A stretch of 64,000 nucleotides of DNA from Ilumatobacteraceae bacterium (GTDB taxonomy: Bacteria > Actinomycetota > Acidimicrobiia > Acidimicrobiales > Ilumatobacteraceae): contig CAVVBH010000031.1 in assembly GCA_963746365.1 (NCBI GenBank), positions 98,245-162,244 of the forward strand, given 5' to 3'. The translations under genes were made by a program, and so were the position numbers. Shown here piece by piece: positions 62,127 to 64,000 of this stretch (position 1 is the first letter of the stretch; every line of letters starts with the position of its first letter). A model generated the notes under the pieces. That model made no database searches. It was given only the letters and a program-made list of their open reading frames with translations, and had not been told where the DNA came from.

Positions 62127-64000
62127 ATGGGGAAGATCACCGCCTGCACGCTCGATTGCCCTGACAGTTGCAGCCTCGAGGTGACCGTGGAGGACGGACG
62201 CATGGTCGCCATCGATGCCGCGCCCGACAGCGCCAGCGCCAACCCGTTCACCAACGGGTGGATCTGCGCCAAGGTCAAGCACACTCCGCAACTGCTGCAC
62301 GGTCCCGACCGGGTCACCCGGCCGCTGCGCCGCACCGGCCCGAAAGGTTCTGGCGAGTTCGTCGAGATCACCTGGGACGAAGCGCTCGATCTGTTCGCCG
62401 CCAGGGTCGGCGCTGCGGCCGAGACGCATGGTTGGGGATCGGTCGTTCCGTACCTGTACAGCTCGTCTGCCGGAAACCTCGGTCGGTCCGGTCTGTCTCC
62501 GCTCGTGTGGGAGCACTTCGGCGCGGCGCGAACCGACATCACGATCTGTGCGGCAGTTGTCGGCGAGGCATGGGACCGCACGTATGGCTCGATGGCGTCG
62601 GCTGACCCGTCGGATCTTCAACACAGCGAGTTGATCGTGGTGTGGGGCGCCAACCCCAACGTGTCGCATCCTCACCTTGCACCGGTCATCGAGGGGCGCA
62701 GGCGTGCCGGCGCCAAGGTGATAGTCGTCGACCCTCGGCGCACACAGGTTGCGGCGCGCTGCCGACTTGCATCTCGCCGTGCGTCCCGGCACCGATGGCG
62801 TGTTGGCGATGGCTGTCGCAGCACTGCTGCAGCGCAACGGGCACATCGATCATGCGTTCATCGAGCAATGGGTCGACGGTGCCGACGAATATCTCGCGGC
62901 GTGTGAGCAGTGGACGGTGGCACGTGCCGCCGAGGTCTGCGACGTCGATGGTGGCGACATCGAGATGTTCGCGGAGATGTACGGCACCATCCGTCCGGCG
63001 ATGCTGCGTGTCGGATGGGGTCAGGAGCGAAACCGCAACGGTGGCTCGGCGAGCCGCGCCGTGTTCGCACTACCAGCGTTGGCCGGCCAGTTCGGTGTGC
63101 CCGGCGCCGGTGTGTTCAATTCGATCGACGGGGGAAAGGGCTACGAGGCGTCTGCAGTCCGGCGCGGCGTGGTCGGCGATGCTCCGGTTCCGGATCGCCG
63201 GGCGATCAACATGAACCGCCTCGGTCGCATCCTGACCGACGACGAAGGCGGACGTGTCGAGGTGCTGTTCGTGCAGGGTTCGAATCCTGCGGCAACGTGC
63301 CCCGAACAGGCCATCGTCCTGCAAGGTCTGGCTCGCGAGGATCTCTTCACCGTCGTGCACGACCTGACCATGACCGACACTGCCCAGTACGCCGATCTCG
63401 TTCTGCCGGCCACGTCGCAATTCGAGGTCGACGAGGTCGTCGGCAGCTATGGGTCGTTCGTGATGCAGGAGGGTCCGGCCGTGATCCCGCGTGTCGGCGA
63501 GAGTCGCACCAACGACGAGGTCAGCGTCGGCGTCGGGATCCGACTCGGTCTCGATCCGCAGCAATGGGACCCCAGCCCGCAACGAGTTCGACGCCTGGCG
63601 CTGGGTGATCGCGTCCTGCCCTTCATGAAGCGCCCGAGCGATGGCACGGTGCAGTTCCGAGACGTCGATCCGGGCGGCAAGGTGCAGTTGGTCTACGACG
63701 CCGAGGGTGTGGATCAGCTCCCTGCGTTCCGTGACATCGATCGGCCCGATCTACCGATCACACTGATCACACCGGCGACGAGTCGCACGACCAGCTCGAT
63801 GTTCGGCAACCTCGCGCCGGCCAGCGCCGACGTGCACATGCATCCCGCCGACGCCGCAGCCAGGGGGCTCGCCTCGGGCGATGTGGCTCGGATCACCGAC
63901 GGCCGGCACACGATCGAGGCGATCGTTGCCGTCGACACCACCCTTCGCCCAGGTCTGGCGACGATGCCGAAGGGAATGTGGCGCCGCGATGGTCACAACG
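62127..64000 (+). pseudogene. molybdopterin (MopB-superfamily) oxidoreductase catalytic subunit; 3' end outside the window; one frame break near 62758-62760
   Basis: N-terminal 4Fe-4S motif CTLDCPDSCSLEV. ..VVWGANP..KVIVVDPRRTQVAAR is in the frame of ORF 61998... ADLHLAVRPGTDGVLA..VQGSNPAATCPE.. continues open to nt 64000 in the +1 frame, and is not in the ORF track because it has no stop. Confidence 0.8.

Noticed and set aside
62750-62765. Selenocysteine (TGA) recoding in the molybdopterin oxidoreductase
   Set aside because: The discontinuity is a shift of frame (..QVAAR / ADLHLAVRPGTDG..), not an in-frame TGA. No in-frame TGA occurs in either segment.
63281-63303. tRNA T-loop-like string GGTTCGAATCC
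   Set aside because: Flanking bases give only 3 of 5 T-stem pairs, and no acceptor or anticodon arms are evident. The string encodes the conserved VQGSNPA motif of the molybdoenzyme.

Overview
GC-rich chromosomal segment (third codon positions are almost always G/C) with Actinomycetota-type gene content and synteny: a DUF3499 / phosphomannomutase / Trm112 / adenosylhomocysteinase block, comF-secA, and prfB-ftsE-ftsX. I can support about 58 protein-coding genes. I found no rRNA, tRNA, tmRNA or CRISPR, and no transposase, integrase or phage genes. Gene content by region: (i) 1-14.4 kb, a cell-envelope glycan neighbourhood (flippase-like protein, large GT2-membrane fusion, DUF5719-like protein, 896-aa polytopic membrane protein, ManB) interrupted by ftsH. 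(ii) 14.4-24.5 kb, housekeeping genes (ahcY, comF, secA, prfB, ftsEX). (iii) 24.6-56.3 kb, a mosaic of metabolic and accessory genes: two crotonases, trHbO, menB, cofE, psuG, modBC, a TetR-controlled GcvT-like/FAD-oxidoreductase pair, a YbaK-kinase-PdxA operon, several MFS/ArsR/GNAT/hydrolase genes, PhyH and BBOX-like dioxygenases, and an LLM-kbl-tdh operon. (iv) 56.3-62.1 kb, a four-gene operon of circularly permuted ATP-grasp, alpha-E and transglutaminase proteins. This is a widespread family set with no established function, and it is my best candidate for an uncharacterised system. (v) A molybdopterin oxidoreductase gene running off the window end. Two window-wide observations stand out. 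First, there are at least 27 apparent single-base frame breaks in 16 otherwise well-conserved genes, including ahcY and menB. I mark the clearly disrupted genes as pseudogene 'as sequenced', but assembly indels are at least as likely as real decay. Second, three sequence-unrelated families of tandem, nested-palindrome intergenic repeats all sit at gene 3' ends. All family names come from reading the translated ORFs and from motif memory; no database search was possible.
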